Below, piece after piece: positions 14,226-29,847 of a stretch of 64,000 bases of DNA. Position numbers and translations under genes: made by a program. The stretch's first letter is position 1, and each line of letters begins with the position of its first letter. The notes beneath the pieces are model-generated. The model worked only from the letters and a program-made list of their open reading frames with translations. It ran no database searches and was not told where the DNA came from. Source of the stretch: an uncultured Planctomycetota bacterium (lineage in GTDB: Bacteria > Planctomycetota > Planctomycetia > Gemmatales > Gemmataceae); NCBI GenBank assembly GCA_963849325.1, contig CAWKHF010000010.1, forward strand, positions 32,001 through 96,000. The letters run 5' to 3'.

Positions 14226-15692
14226 TCAACCCTTGATGACGCCGATCGGCCGCATGCGCGCCACCTTGCTGCGACAGTCCCGCCTGATCGACAACCTCAA
14301 CCACGTCATCGACGTTCTTGTACGCCTTGGGCTGTTCCTCCGCGAGACCCTTTCGGCTCTGCGACCGAGCGATGACGCCGCGCGCCTCCAGCTCCTTGTC
14401 GATGCGGCGGCCGGCGGCGTCCTTGACGGAGGCGGTACGGCTCATGGCCCGACCGGCGCCGTGACAGGTGGTGCCGAACGTCTTCTCCATGCTGCCGGGC
14501 TGGCCGACCAGCACCCAACTGGCTCGGCCCATGTCGCCGGGGATGATGACCGGCTGGCCGATCTTGCGATACATCGCCGGGACTTCGGGATGTCCCGGCG
14601 GGAAGGCGCGCGTCGCGCCCTTGCGGTGGACCCACACCTTCTTGCGCTTGCCGTTGACGACGTGCTCCTCGAACTTGGCGATGTTGTGGCAGACATCGTA
14701 GACGAGGTTCATCTGCAATTCCTGCCACGAACGGCCGAAGACGGCCGCGAACACCTCGCGGGCCTGCTGCATGAGCAACTGGCGATTGCACCAGGCGAAG
14801 TTCGCCGCCGCTCGCATGGCGGCGATGTAGCGCTGTCCCTCCGGGCTGTCGACCGGGGCGCAGGCGAGCTGCCGGTCGGGCAGGTCGATGCCGTACTTCT
14901 GCGGTGCGTTGCGCAGCATGGGCCAGGGCGTCGTCGCAGACCTGATAGCCCAGGCCGCGCGAACCGCTGTGGATCATGACGCACACCATGTCCTTCTCCA
15001 GTCCCATGACCCGCGCCGCCTCCTCGTCGAAGACGTGATCGACGATCTGCACTTCCAGGAAGTGGTTGCCGGAGCCGAGCGTGCCGCACTGCTCGGCGCC
15101 GCGCGTCAGGGCGTGATCGCTGACCATGTCCGGGTCGGCCCCGTCGAGCCGTCCCTCCGCCTCGGTATGCTCGATGTCGCCCGGCGTCGCCAGGCCGCGG
15201 CCGAGCAGGTAGCGCGGCCCTCTGCGAAAGGATATGATGCAGCTCCTTTTTGTCGAATTTGTAATGTCCCGAACGGCCGACGCCGCTGGGCACGTTGCGG
15301 AACAGCTCTTCCACCAGCGTGCGCAGGTGCGGCTTGACGTCGCGGTAGAAAAGGTTCGAGCGGACCAGGCGGACGCCGCAATTTATATCGTAGCCCACGC
15401 CGCCGGGGGAGATGACGCCGCCTTCATCCGGGTCGGTGGCGCAGACGCCGCCGATGCAGAAACCATAGCCCCAGTGAATGTCCGGCATGGCCAGGCTGGC
15501 GTACTGGATGCCGGGCAGGAAGGCGACATTGGCCACCTGTTCCGGAGCTTGATCCGCCATGAGTTGCGCGAGCAGGCGCTCGTTGGTGAAGATCAGACCA
15601 TCAACGCGCATGCCCGGCTTGTAACTCTTGGGGATGCGCCAGCAGCAGGCGTCAACCTGTTCCAGCGGCCCCCGAAAGGTGTCCTTGCCCAT
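14226..15692 (-). CDS. rtcB: RNA-splicing/repair ligase RtcB (frameshifted)
   Basis: MPDIHWGYGF, VGYDINCGVR, GTLGSGNHFLE, IHSGSRG, HRKGAT, HGAGR and AYKNVD motifs. Confidence 0.95.
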
Positions 15693-15705
15693 GAGTCGTG
15701 CCCTT

Positions 15706-16116
15706 TCAAATGTCCACGATCAATTCCGCCAACCAACCGTCCGCGTCCGGTTCGACGCGCAGGCCGTGATAAGTGATGGCCTTCACTTCGTTCGCCAGGT
15801 GGTGCCGGGCGCGGTCGAGCGGTTCGCCCCAGGCGCTGCCCTGCAGGCCGTCGTCGCCGATCCGAACCTCGAAGCGAGACAGCAGCAAATGCTCGGCGTC
15901 GAAGTGATACAGCAGCTCCTTCAGCCAGTCGAACAGCAGGTAATCGCGGTCCTTCCCAGCGATCGTCACGTCCAGCTGGCGGACGGGCGCGACCGTGTCG
16001 ATGTCCTCGACGAGGGTAGCGAACAAAGCTCGCGCCGCCTCGGCGAACAGCGTGTTCAGGTCGGCCGCCCGGATGCGCAAGCCGAGGTCGGCCGTGTGGT
16101 CGAAGGTCTCGTACAT
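15706..16116 (-). CDS. Archease (RtcB activator)
   Basis: DHTAD N-terminus, EVKAITYH, C-terminal VDI. Lies immediately upstream of rtcB. Confidence 0.95.
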   Translation of the reverse strand: MYETFDHTADLGLRIRAADLNTLFAEAARALFATLVEDIDTVAPVRQLDVTIAGKDRDYLLFDWLKELLYHFDAEHLLLSRFEVRIGDDGLQGSAWGEPLDRARHHLANEVKAITYHGLRVEPDADGWLAELIVDI

Positions 16117-16298
16117 ATTAAGATGCTACCGCACCGCGCCAGGCGACGATAGACGGCAGACACGGCAGACGGTCCCCAAGTTCGCGGTTCGTGTGAGGAC
16201 CGTTTCGGGGTGTTTGGATTTCCTTGGCAGCGTCCGCATCCTTCGCGTACAACAAGGACGAACCTGAAACCCGTGGCCCCGACTCGGAGGAATGTTCG

Positions 16299-17525
16299 AT
16301 GCGACCGAAGCCGATCATCCGCGGAGCTTGCTTCCTTGCCCTGACTCTGGCCGTCCTGGCACCGACCGTTCGCGCCCTCGATTCCACGGACTTCGACAAG
16401 TCCAAACTGGCCCTCATCGGTTCGCGCATGCAGCGCTTCGTGGACGAGCAGCAAATTGCCGGCGCTGTCACCGCCGTCGGCAACGCCCAGAGCATCGTCA
16501 GCCTGGAGGCGGTCGGCAGTCTGCGTCTCGATTCCAAGGAGGCGATGCCGAAAGACGCCCTGTTCCGCATCGCCTCCATGACGAAGCCCATTACCGCCAC
16601 GGGTATCCTCATCCTGGCCGACGACGGCAAACTGTCGGTGGACGATCCGGTCGAGAAGCACCTGCCGGAGTTCCGCGGCCAGATGCTGGTGGCCGAGCGC
16701 ACGCCGGATCGGTTGACGCTGAAAAAGCCGCCGCGGCCGATCACCTTGCGCGACCTGCTGACGCATACGTCCGGCCTGCCGGGCTATCCGCCGGGCCTGG
16801 GCGACCTGTATCGCCGACGCAACCGGACCTTGGCCGAGTCCATCCTGGCGGTCTCGCAACGGCCGTTGGAGTTCGAGCCGGGCAGCCGTTGGTCGTACAG
16901 CAATTCCGGCATCGACACGCTTGGCCGCGTCATCGAGGTAGCGTCCGGGAAAGATTACGAGACGTTCCTGGCGGAGCGCATGTTCGCGCCACTGCGCATG
17001 AAAGACACGACGTTTCGGCCGAACAAGGAACAGTTGCGCCGCCGCGCCGGACTGTATGGCATCAAGGACGGCAAACTGGTCGCCGCCCCCGATGCGTTGA
17101 TCGGCCCGCCGGAGAACATGCGCCATCCGATCCCGGCGGGCGGGTTGTACTCGACCGGGGCCGACATGGCGCGGTTCTATCGCATGATGCTCAACGGCGG
17201 CGCCCTCGACGGCGAGCGGATTCTGTCGGCGGCGAGCGTCAAGGCCATGACCAGCGTGCAGACCGGCGAGTTGAAGTGCGGTTTCACGCCGGGCATGAGT
17301 CATGGCCTGGGCTTCGCCGTGGTGCGCCAGCCGCAGGGAGTGACGGCGATGCTGTCGCCCGGCTCGTTCGGTCACGGCGGCGCCTTCGGGACGCAGAGCT
17401 GGGCCGACCCCAAGCGCGGCCTGTTCGTCATCCTGCTCATCCAGCGCACCGGCCTGCCCAACTCCGACGCTTCGGAAATGCGGAGGGAATTGCAGCGCCT
17501 GGCCGTCGAAGCGGTCAAACGCTGA
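16299..17525 (+). CDS. Secreted serine hydrolase, beta-lactamase class C-like
   Basis: Signal peptide, FRIASMTK (SxxK), LLTHTSG, YSN and HGG motifs. Confidence 0.92.
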   Translation: MRPKPIIRGACFLALTLAVLAPTVRALDSTDFDKSKLALIGSRMQRFVDEQQIAGAVTAVGNAQSIVSLEAVGSLRLDSKEAMPKDALFRIASMTKPITATGILILADDGKLSVDDPVEKHLPEFRGQMLVAERTPDRLTLKKPPRPITLRDLLTHTSGLPGYPPGLGDLYRRRNRTLAESILAVSQRPLEFEPGSRWSYSNSGIDTLGRVIEVASGKDYETFLAERMFAPLRMKDTTFRPNKEQLRRRAGLYGIKDGKLVAAPDALIGPPENMRHPIPAGGLYSTGADMARFYRMMLNGGALDGERILSAASVKAMTSVQTGELKCGFTPGMSHGLGFAVVRQPQGVTAMLSPGSFGHGGAFGTQSWADPKRGLFVILLIQRTGLPNSDASEMRRELQRLAVEAVKR

Positions 17526-17625
17526 TCGTTCGGGCAAGACGGCGCGTCCATTCATCCCCTTCTCATGGGCGCTGTGCTAGCCTGATCTGCCGATTTCCCC
17601 TTTGCTTGAAGAGAAGGATTCCGCC

Positions 17626-19026
17626 ATGAATCGGAAGTGGCTCGTTGGAGGAGTGTTCGCCGTTGCTGGCCTGACGGTCGCGGCGCGGGCAGGGGATTGG
17701 CCGCAGTTCCGAGGACCGAACAGCATGGGGCTGTCCGAGGAAAAGCAGCTACCGAGCGAATGGAGCACCACCAAAAACGTCCGCTGGAAAAAGAAGCTGC
17801 CCGGCTATGGCTGGTCTTCGCCCATCGTCTGGGGTGACAAAGTGTTTGTCACCACGGCGGTCTCCGACAAGCAGACGAAGCCGGCGGGCTTCGGAGGACG
17901 CGGCGGCTTCCGTCCCGGCGGTCGATCGGAGGAACGCCCGGAAGGCGGGCAAAGCGAACAGCCGATGCGTCCGCGCGGCGGCCGCGGCGGCCGCAGCCGA
18001 ACGCCCGACATTGTCTATCGCTGGGAGGTCTACTGCCTCAACCGCACCAATGGCGAAGTGCTGTGGAAACAGGTCGCCGCCGAGCACAAGCCGGCCATCC
18101 CCATCCAGCGCGCCAACACCTACGCCACGGAAACGCCCGTGACCGACGGCGAGCGCATCTACGCCTATTTCGGCATGACCGGCGTTTACTGTTACGACTT
18201 CAACGGGAAACTTCTGTGGAGCAAGGATCTCGGCGCCTATTCGATGCAGATGGGCTGGGGCACGGGCAGTTCTCCGACGCTGGACGGCGACCGGCTTTTC
18301 ATCCAGTGCGATAATGAGGAGAAATCGTTCCTGGCGGCGCTGGACACGAAGTCCGGCAAGGAACTATGGCGGGTCCCACGTCCGGAACGATCGTCGTGGT
18401 CCACGCCGTTCGTGTGGAAGACGAAGAATCGGACGGAGCTGGTGGCCTGCGGCAATGGCCGAGTGCGTTCGTATGATGTGGCGACCGGCAAGCAACTCTG
18501 GGAACTGGGCGGCCTCAATGGCCAGGCCAACGCCACGCCGGTGGCCGGCGACGACATGCTCTTCCTCGGCGTGGGCCGACGGGGCAGCCGGCCGTTGTTC
18601 GCCGTGCGTGCCGGCGCCTCCGGCGACATCACCCTGAAGGAAGGCGAGGAGTCCAACGTCGGCGTCGCCTGGTTCCGCCGCCAGGCCGGACCCTCGATGG
18701 CGTCGCCGCTGTACCAGGACGGCTATTTGTACGTCCTCGAAGAGAACGGCGGCATGTTGAGCTGCTACAACGCTCGTACCGGCGAGCCGGCCTACAGCCG
18801 CGAGCGTCTCCCGCAAGCGCGCGGCTTCACGTCGTCGCCGTGGGCTTACGACGGCAAAATCTTCTGCCTCGCCGGCGACGGGCAGACGTTCGTCGTCCAG
18901 GCCGGGCCGACATTCAAGCTGCTGGGCACCAACACGCTCGACGAGATGTGCTGGTCGTCGCCGGCCGTCGCGCACGGCGCCCTGATCCTCCGCGGCGTCG
19001 ATCACCTGTATTGCATCCAGAAATGA
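17626..19026 (+). CDS. PQQ-like beta-propeller repeat protein
   Basis: Signal peptide, DWPQFRGP, repeated GxxxW blades. Confidence 0.9.
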   Translation: MNRKWLVGGVFAVAGLTVAARAGDWPQFRGPNSMGLSEEKQLPSEWSTTKNVRWKKKLPGYGWSSPIVWGDKVFVTTAVSDKQTKPAGFGGRGGFRPGGRSEERPEGGQSEQPMRPRGGRGGRSRTPDIVYRWEVYCLNRTNGEVLWKQVAAEHKPAIPIQRANTYATETPVTDGERIYAYFGMTGVYCYDFNGKLLWSKDLGAYSMQMGWGTGSSPTLDGDRLFIQCDNEEKSFLAALDTKSGKELWRVPRPERSSWSTPFVWKTKNRTELVACGNGRVRSYDVATGKQLWELGGLNGQANATPVAGDDMLFLGVGRRGSRPLFAVRAGASGDITLKEGEESNVGVAWFRRQAGPSMASPLYQDGYLYVLEENGGMLSCYNARTGEPAYSRERLPQARGFTSSPWAYDGKIFCLAGDGQTFVVQAGPTFKLLGTNTLDEMCWSSPAVAHGALILRGVDHLYCIQK

Positions 19027-19056
19027 GAATCTATTTCAAGAGGCGTTTGCGGCCCT

Positions 19057-19124
19057 CGTTTCGCCGCGACGCGCAGCGGAGCGCGGGAGTATTCCCGCGC
19101 TCCGCTGCGCGTCGCGGCTAAACG
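19057..19124. repeat. REP-like palindrome (CGTTT.GCCGCGACGCGCAGCGGAGCGCG)
   Basis: Arms of ~32 bp with one mismatch, between convergent genes. Confidence 0.85.
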
Positions 19125-19140
19125 AATGGCGACGGAGTTC

Positions 19141-21444
19141 TTAACCCGCCTCCTCCGTGGCGCCGCCGCGCACGGCGGCCCACTGCTCCGGCGTGTACAG
19201 CACTTCGCGGGCATTGCTGCCGTTGTAGCCGCCGACGATGCCGTCCTCGGCCATGAAATCGATCAGCCGCGCCGCCCGTCCGTAGCCGATGCCCAGGGCA
19301 CGCTGCAACAGCGACACGCTGCCGCGCCCCTCGCGCAGAATGATCTCGATGGCCGGCTCGTACAGATCGTCATTGCGGCTGCGCAGACGATCGCTCAGCG
19401 AGCCGCCCTGCTCGCCGACTTGCAGCTGCATCAGCTCCGGCGCGTAGCACGGCTCGCACTCCAGGCAGGCGACGACATCCTGGATTTCCTTGTCGCTGGC
19501 GTAGGTGCCCTGGGCGCGGATCAGGTCGCTGGTGCCCGGCGGCAAAAACAGCATGTCGCCCTTGCCCAGCAGCTTGTCGGCGCCCATCTCGTCGAGCACG
19601 ACGCGGCTGTCCGACTTGTTCGTCACCTTGAAGCAGATGCGCGACGGCAGGTTCGACTTGATCAGGCCGGTGATGACGTCCACGGTCGGCTTCTGCGTGG
19701 CCACGACCAGGTGGATGCCCGCCGCCCGCGACTTCTGGGCCAGGCGGATGATGTGGCCCTCCACCTCCTTCTTCATCTGCAACATCAGGTCCGACATCTC
19801 GTCGATGACGATGACGATGTACGGCATGTGCCGGGGAATGCGCTGGCGCTCCTCGTCGTCCTCGGGCTGGACGCGGCGGAGGACTTCATCGGGCTTCAGC
19901 TCGTTGTAGCCGGCGATGTTGCGGACGCGGGCGCGGCGAAGCAGATCGTAGCGCTCCTCCATCTTGTCCACCGCCCAGGCCAGGATGGCCTCGGACTTTT
20001 TCATGTCGGTGACGACCGGGTGCATCAGGTGCGGGATCTTGCCGTACACGCTCCAGCTCGACGCCGCCCTTGGGATCGATCATGATCATCTTGACCTCGT
20101 CGGGCCGGCGGGTCATGAGGATGCTCAGGATGATGGTGTTCAGGCAGACCGACTTGCCGGTGCCGGTGGTGCCGGCGATGAGCAGGTGCGGCATGTCGGC
20201 GAGGTCGTGGACGAGCGGCCGGCCCTCGCTGTCCTTGCCGAGAAACAGCGGCACCTTGAACTTGCGCGACCTTCTTGGCCGAGGCCAGGAGGACTTCCTT
20301 GAGGCGGACGTCGGCGCGGCAGCTCGTTGGGCACCTCGATGCCGACCGTGTTCTTGCCGGGGATCGGCGCCACGATGCGCACGCTCGGCACCTTGAGGTT
20401 CAGGGCGATGTCGTCGGCCAGGCGGGTGACCTTGTTCACGCGCAGGCCGGTCTCCAGGGCGATCTCGAACTGCGTGATGACCGGCCCGGTGTTGATGCCG
20501 ACGACGCGGACGTTCAGGCCGAAGTCGGTGAAGGTCTTCTCCAGCAGCGCGGCCCGATCGCGCAGCTGTTCGTCGTGCTCGCTGTAGTCGAACGGCCGGG
20601 CGTCCTCCAGAAGGGTCAGCGCCGGCAGCTCGTAGTCGGCGAAGCGCTCCTGGTCGGACACGGCGCTGACCGCCGCCTTCCGCCGCGCGGGGGCGAACAG
20701 GTGCGGCCCTTGGGGGTCGTGACCGGCGATCTCGTTGTGATGGTGAATGGGGATGATGGAGGGATTGGCCGGCCGGTCCTCCTCGGCGACTTCGGAGGGT
20801 GCGGGTTCTTCCGCTTGTTCCGAGTCTTCCGGTTCCTTCGCTACTGTCGTTCGGACGATGGTCGGCGACGATAGCGTTCGGGAAGTAGGACGTTTCGCGG
20901 CCGTGGCGGAGATGCCCAGGTTGACGCGGAGACACCACCAGAGTAGGCGCCCCAGACGTAGTAGGAACGTATCCAGGCTCAGGATCACGCCGAGCAGGAG
21001 GCAACTACCGAGAAGGAGATACTGGCCCGCCGGCCGCAGCGAAGCATTCAGGATCTCGTTCAACCAGGCTCCCAGGCTACCGCCCGGTCCCAGGGGCGGA
21101 GGGGCGCCCGGAGGGACGAGCGCCGGCCAGCGTTCGGCGAACACGGTCGCACAGGGAACCAGCAGCAGCCAGCCGATCGACCGCAACGACCAACTCAGCC
21201 AGCTCCGCCGAAGTATCAGCCGGGCCGCGACGACGAACCAGCCGGCGAGGAAGACGTAAACGGCGACGCCCAGCGTTAGCCGCAGCTCATGGGCGATGCC
21301 GGCGCCGAGAGGACCGAGACGATTGCGTGACGTGCCGGACACGTCGGCCGGAGCGGAATCGAGTACGCTGAGAGTCAGGAGCAGGCCGCCACCCAGAAGG
21401 ATGCACGCGGCCAGGTACAGACGCCAGTGGCGACGATCCGGCAT
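19141..21444 (-). CDS. ftsK: DNA translocase FtsK (frameshifted)
   Basis: N-terminal TM region, [37 protein letters not shown], and gamma domain with [11 protein letters not shown]. Confidence 0.95.
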
Positions 21445-21572
21445 GGAGAGACTCCGAGGGGTTCGGGCCGCTTGCGGCTGGAGGCGCCCTGACACGGCGC
21501 GTCCCTCTCCATCGTCCCGCCGTGGCGGCTTCATCTAGGAAAAAAACGAGGTTGTTTCTCGATCGGGGCGTC

Positions 21573-22027
21573 ATGTTTCACATCGCACTGCTGGAACCGG
21601 AAATCCCGCCCAACACCGGCAATATCATTCGCCTGTGTGTGGCCACCGGCGCGACCCTGCACGTCATCGGCCGTGCCGGCTTCCCGCTCGGCGAGCGCAC
21701 GGTGCGCCGCGCCGCCGTCGATTACTGGGACGAGGTAGACTTGCACCGTCACGCCACGCTCGAAGAGTTCGAGTCCAGCCGCGCGCCGGTCGCATGTTCT
21801 GTTTCAGTGCCCGGGCGTGTACTCCCTACACGCGCGCGGCCTATCAGGCAGGCGACACGCTGTTGTTTGGCAGCGAATCGACCGGACTGCCGACTTCCGT
21901 GATCGCGCGCTACGGCGACCGCGCCTTGTGCATCCCCATGCCAGGCGGCAAAGTCCGCAGCTTGAACCTCGCCAATGCCGTCGGCATTGTGCTCTACGAG
22001 GCGCTGAGACAGGTTCAGGGCTGGTAA
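21573..22027 (+). CDS. trmL: tRNA (cytidine/uridine(34)-2'-O)-methyltransferase (frameshifted)
   Basis: EPEIPPNTGNI, FGSESTGLP and RSLNLANAV motifs. Confidence 0.9.
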
Positions 22028-22038
22028 ACGCTTTTCCT

Positions 22039-22084
22039 CCCCCTCACCCCCAACCCCTCTCCCCCGCTTCGGGGGAGAGGGGGG
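22039..22084. repeat. REP-like element, same family as 1-86
   Basis: ccctcacccccaacccctctcccccgcttcgggggagagggg. Confidence 0.8.
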
Positions 22085-22188
22085 ATGCGCGGGTTCACTG
22101 CATCTCAAGGACGTGCGAGCCGATAAAGAATGGCGAACGCGAGGGCGCTCCCAGCTCCCCTCGCCGTCTCGGAGGCCGTGAACCGCGC

Positions 22189-22482
22189 ATGAGCACCGTT
22201 GTTTGTCTGCCTACGCTCGACGTTCTCCGCGAGCATGTCCGAAAAATCCTGTGCGCCCACGATCAGCTCGACCCCGAGCAGACGCCCATGCACCAGGCCG
22301 TCATCACGCGCTCGGGCCGGCCCTGCGGTCTGTTCTTCCAGGTGCAGGGGCCGCGCATGGTCAAGACCTATGCCGTGTGGGCCGGCGAAGAAGATCGCAT
22401 TCTCTTTTACGACTCCAACGGCCAGCGCTTCGCCGAGGTGCGTCTCAGCGAGGCGCCGGACCCACGCAAGTTGGCCGCCTGA
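22189..22482 (+). CDS. Small hypothetical protein (97 aa)
   Basis: Protein-like ORF MSTVVCLPTLD...RILFYDSNGQRF, with GGAGG upstream. Confidence 0.75.
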   Translation: MSTVVCLPTLDVLREHVRKILCAHDQLDPEQTPMHQAVITRSGRPCGLFFQVQGPRMVKTYAVWAGEEDRILFYDSNGQRFAEVRLSEAPDPRKLAA

Positions 22483-22745
22483 GCAGCTGCTGCCTCTTTC
22501 TCGCCACGTCGCAATTGTTTGACCCCAACGGACGCTCGCCCATTCGTTCCCTTCCGGTTCCGCATTACCGTGGGTGAATTTGCCCTCGGTCCCGCCTCCT
22601 CGCGCCCACGGTCTCGTTCCCATGCTAGGCTTGCGGAATGAGGACAGGCGTCACGCCTGTTCCCTCCGCGTTGGTCCGCCCTGCAACGGAGCAGGGCCGG
22701 CGGTCCTCCCGCCGCGACCACTCGCCTAGCCGCGAAGGATCAATC

Positions 22746-25789
<3,044 letters not shown>

Positions 25790-25808
25790 CGGGGAGGCGA
25801 AGGAGCCT

Positions 25809-26416
25809 ATGCGTTCGCCACGTTTCTTCTGGCTGCTCGGCGTCCTGTGGGTGGCGTCCCTCGCGGGGGGCTGGTTCGCCCTGCTGCGGCATCAACTTAC
25901 GCCGGGTTCGCCGGGGCGCGTGCCCGAACGCTGGCCGGCGGACAGCGCGCTGCGGCTGGACGGCGAGCGACCGACGCTCGTACTCTTCGCGCATCGGAAC
26001 TGTCCCTGTACGCGGACCACCCTCGGGGAGTTGGAACACATTCTGACGCACGCTTCGAGGCGGGTCAGCGTCCGGGTTGTCCTGTTGGCGCCCTCGGATG
26101 CACTGTCGGATCGCGTGGGCGGGGACATCGAGGCGCGAGCGCGGGCGCTGCCTGGAGCGGAGGTCGTGGTCGATTCGGACGGCGCCGAGGCACGGCGATT
26201 TCACGTGCGCATTTCGGGGCACGTCGTCCTGTACGGCGCGGACGGCCGCTTGCGTTTCGGCGGCGGCATCACGGACGGACGCGGACACGCCGGAGAAAGT
26301 GAGGGCCGGCGTGCCGTGCTGGCCTGGTTACAAGAGGGGATCGCGGAGCGGTGTACCGCTCCGGTATACGGCTGCTCCCTCTTCACCGACGAAGAGGATG
26401 CGGCGGAGGAACAGAC

Positions 26417-26429
<13 letters not shown>
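25809..26429 (+). CDS. Membrane-anchored thioredoxin-fold protein, RedB-like
   Basis: N-terminal [23 protein letters not shown] and C-terminal PVYGCSL. Overlaps the start of the next kinase gene. Confidence 0.75.
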
Positions 26430-28704
<2,275 letters not shown>

Positions 28705-28787
28705 CGCTCAGCCCTTTGGGTCCGGCCGTCGGATTTGCTAGAATACCAGGCATTCTCGTCCCGAAACGTGGAGGAGGTGTCCGGAGT

Positions 28788-29253
28788 ATGTGTCCGTTGC
28801 GCCGCGTCGAGGATCATCGAGCTGGTTCGTCCGCCCTGGGCATTCTGGTGCCGCCGGGCCGGCACTCGTTCTTGATTGTCCGGCCGCGAGCACTGTCCTG
28901 GGATCTGCTGCTGCTCCGCTCGGAGGACGCCGCCGTTTTCCGCGACCTGCACCGCGACGAGGCGGGCGCCATCGCCCAGCAGTTGTATCACGCGCTGGCG
29001 GATACGCCCGGCGGCACGACCATTATCGAGGAAGTTGCTTGCCCAGATGGGCACGGCTTCTGGGTACGCGCCCGCGTGGGGACGTTCGCGCTCTTGCTGT
29101 GCGGACGGCAGCCGGGCCGGCCGTATCAGCCGTTGATTTTCTCGGACGTGGAAGCGGCCCGGCAAGCGGCCGAGCAGACTGCGCGGAATCCTCATTCCCC
29201 GGCCGGATGTCGAGCAGGAAGTGTATCTCAATACTCGCCATTTCACGCGCTAA
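28788..29253 (+). CDS. Hypothetical protein (frameshift near C-terminus)
   Basis: GGAGG/GGAG RBS, then MCPLRRVEDHRAG...ALGILVPPG...RQPGRPYQP...QEVYLNTRHFTR*. Confidence 0.65.
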
Positions 29254-29267
29254 GGAAGTATTTCCTC

Positions 29268-29324
29268 ACTAGCCCGGAGCGCAGCAACGGGCAGACCAAC
29301 CCGTCGCTGGCGCTCCGGGCTAGT
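29268..29324. repeat. REP-like palindrome
   Basis: actagcccggagcgc / gcgctccgggctagt arms. Confidence 0.8.
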
Positions 29325-29346
29325 ATTTTTGAAATAGACCGCGCAC

Positions 29347-29835
29347 ATGCCTTACACTCCCATCCTCGCCACGCTGGGTTACATCCTGTCGCCGGACGGC
29401 CGGCGCGTTCTGCTGATCCATCGCAACCGTCGCCCGGACGATCCGCACTTCGGCAAGTACAACGGCCTGGGCGGCAAGATCGATGCGGGCGAGGACGTGA
29501 TAGCTTGCTTCCGCCGCGAGGTCCGCGAGGAGAGCGGGCTGGAGTGCGACGAACTGGTGCTCCGCGGCACGGTCAGCTGGCCTGGCTTCGGCAAATACGG
29601 AGAGGATTGGTTCGGCTTCGTTTTCCGCGTCGATCGTTTCCACGGCCAACCTCTCGCCGGCAATGCGGAGGGCAGCCTCGAATGGGTCGAGGTGGCGCGC
29701 GTGCTGGAGCTGCCGCTGTGGGAAGGGGATCGCCACTTCCTGCCCCTGGTCTTCGAGCGCACGGAGCGACAATTCCACGGCGTCATGCCTTATCGCGATG
29801 GACGTCCGGTCTCTTGGAGTTACAGCCTGTTGTGA
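29347..29835 (+). CDS. NUDIX hydrolase, 8-oxo-dGTP diphosphatase (MTH1/MutX-like)
   Basis: YNGLGGK, Nudix box REVREESG, LWEGD. Confidence 0.9.
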   Translation: MPYTPILATLGYILSPDGRRVLLIHRNRRPDDPHFGKYNGLGGKIDAGEDVIACFRREVREESGLECDELVLRGTVSWPGFGKYGEDWFGFVFRVDRFHGQPLAGNAEGSLEWVEVARVLELPLWEGDRHFLPLVFERTERQFHGVMPYRDGRPVSWSYSLL

Positions 29836-29847
29836 ACCGGGCCGACT

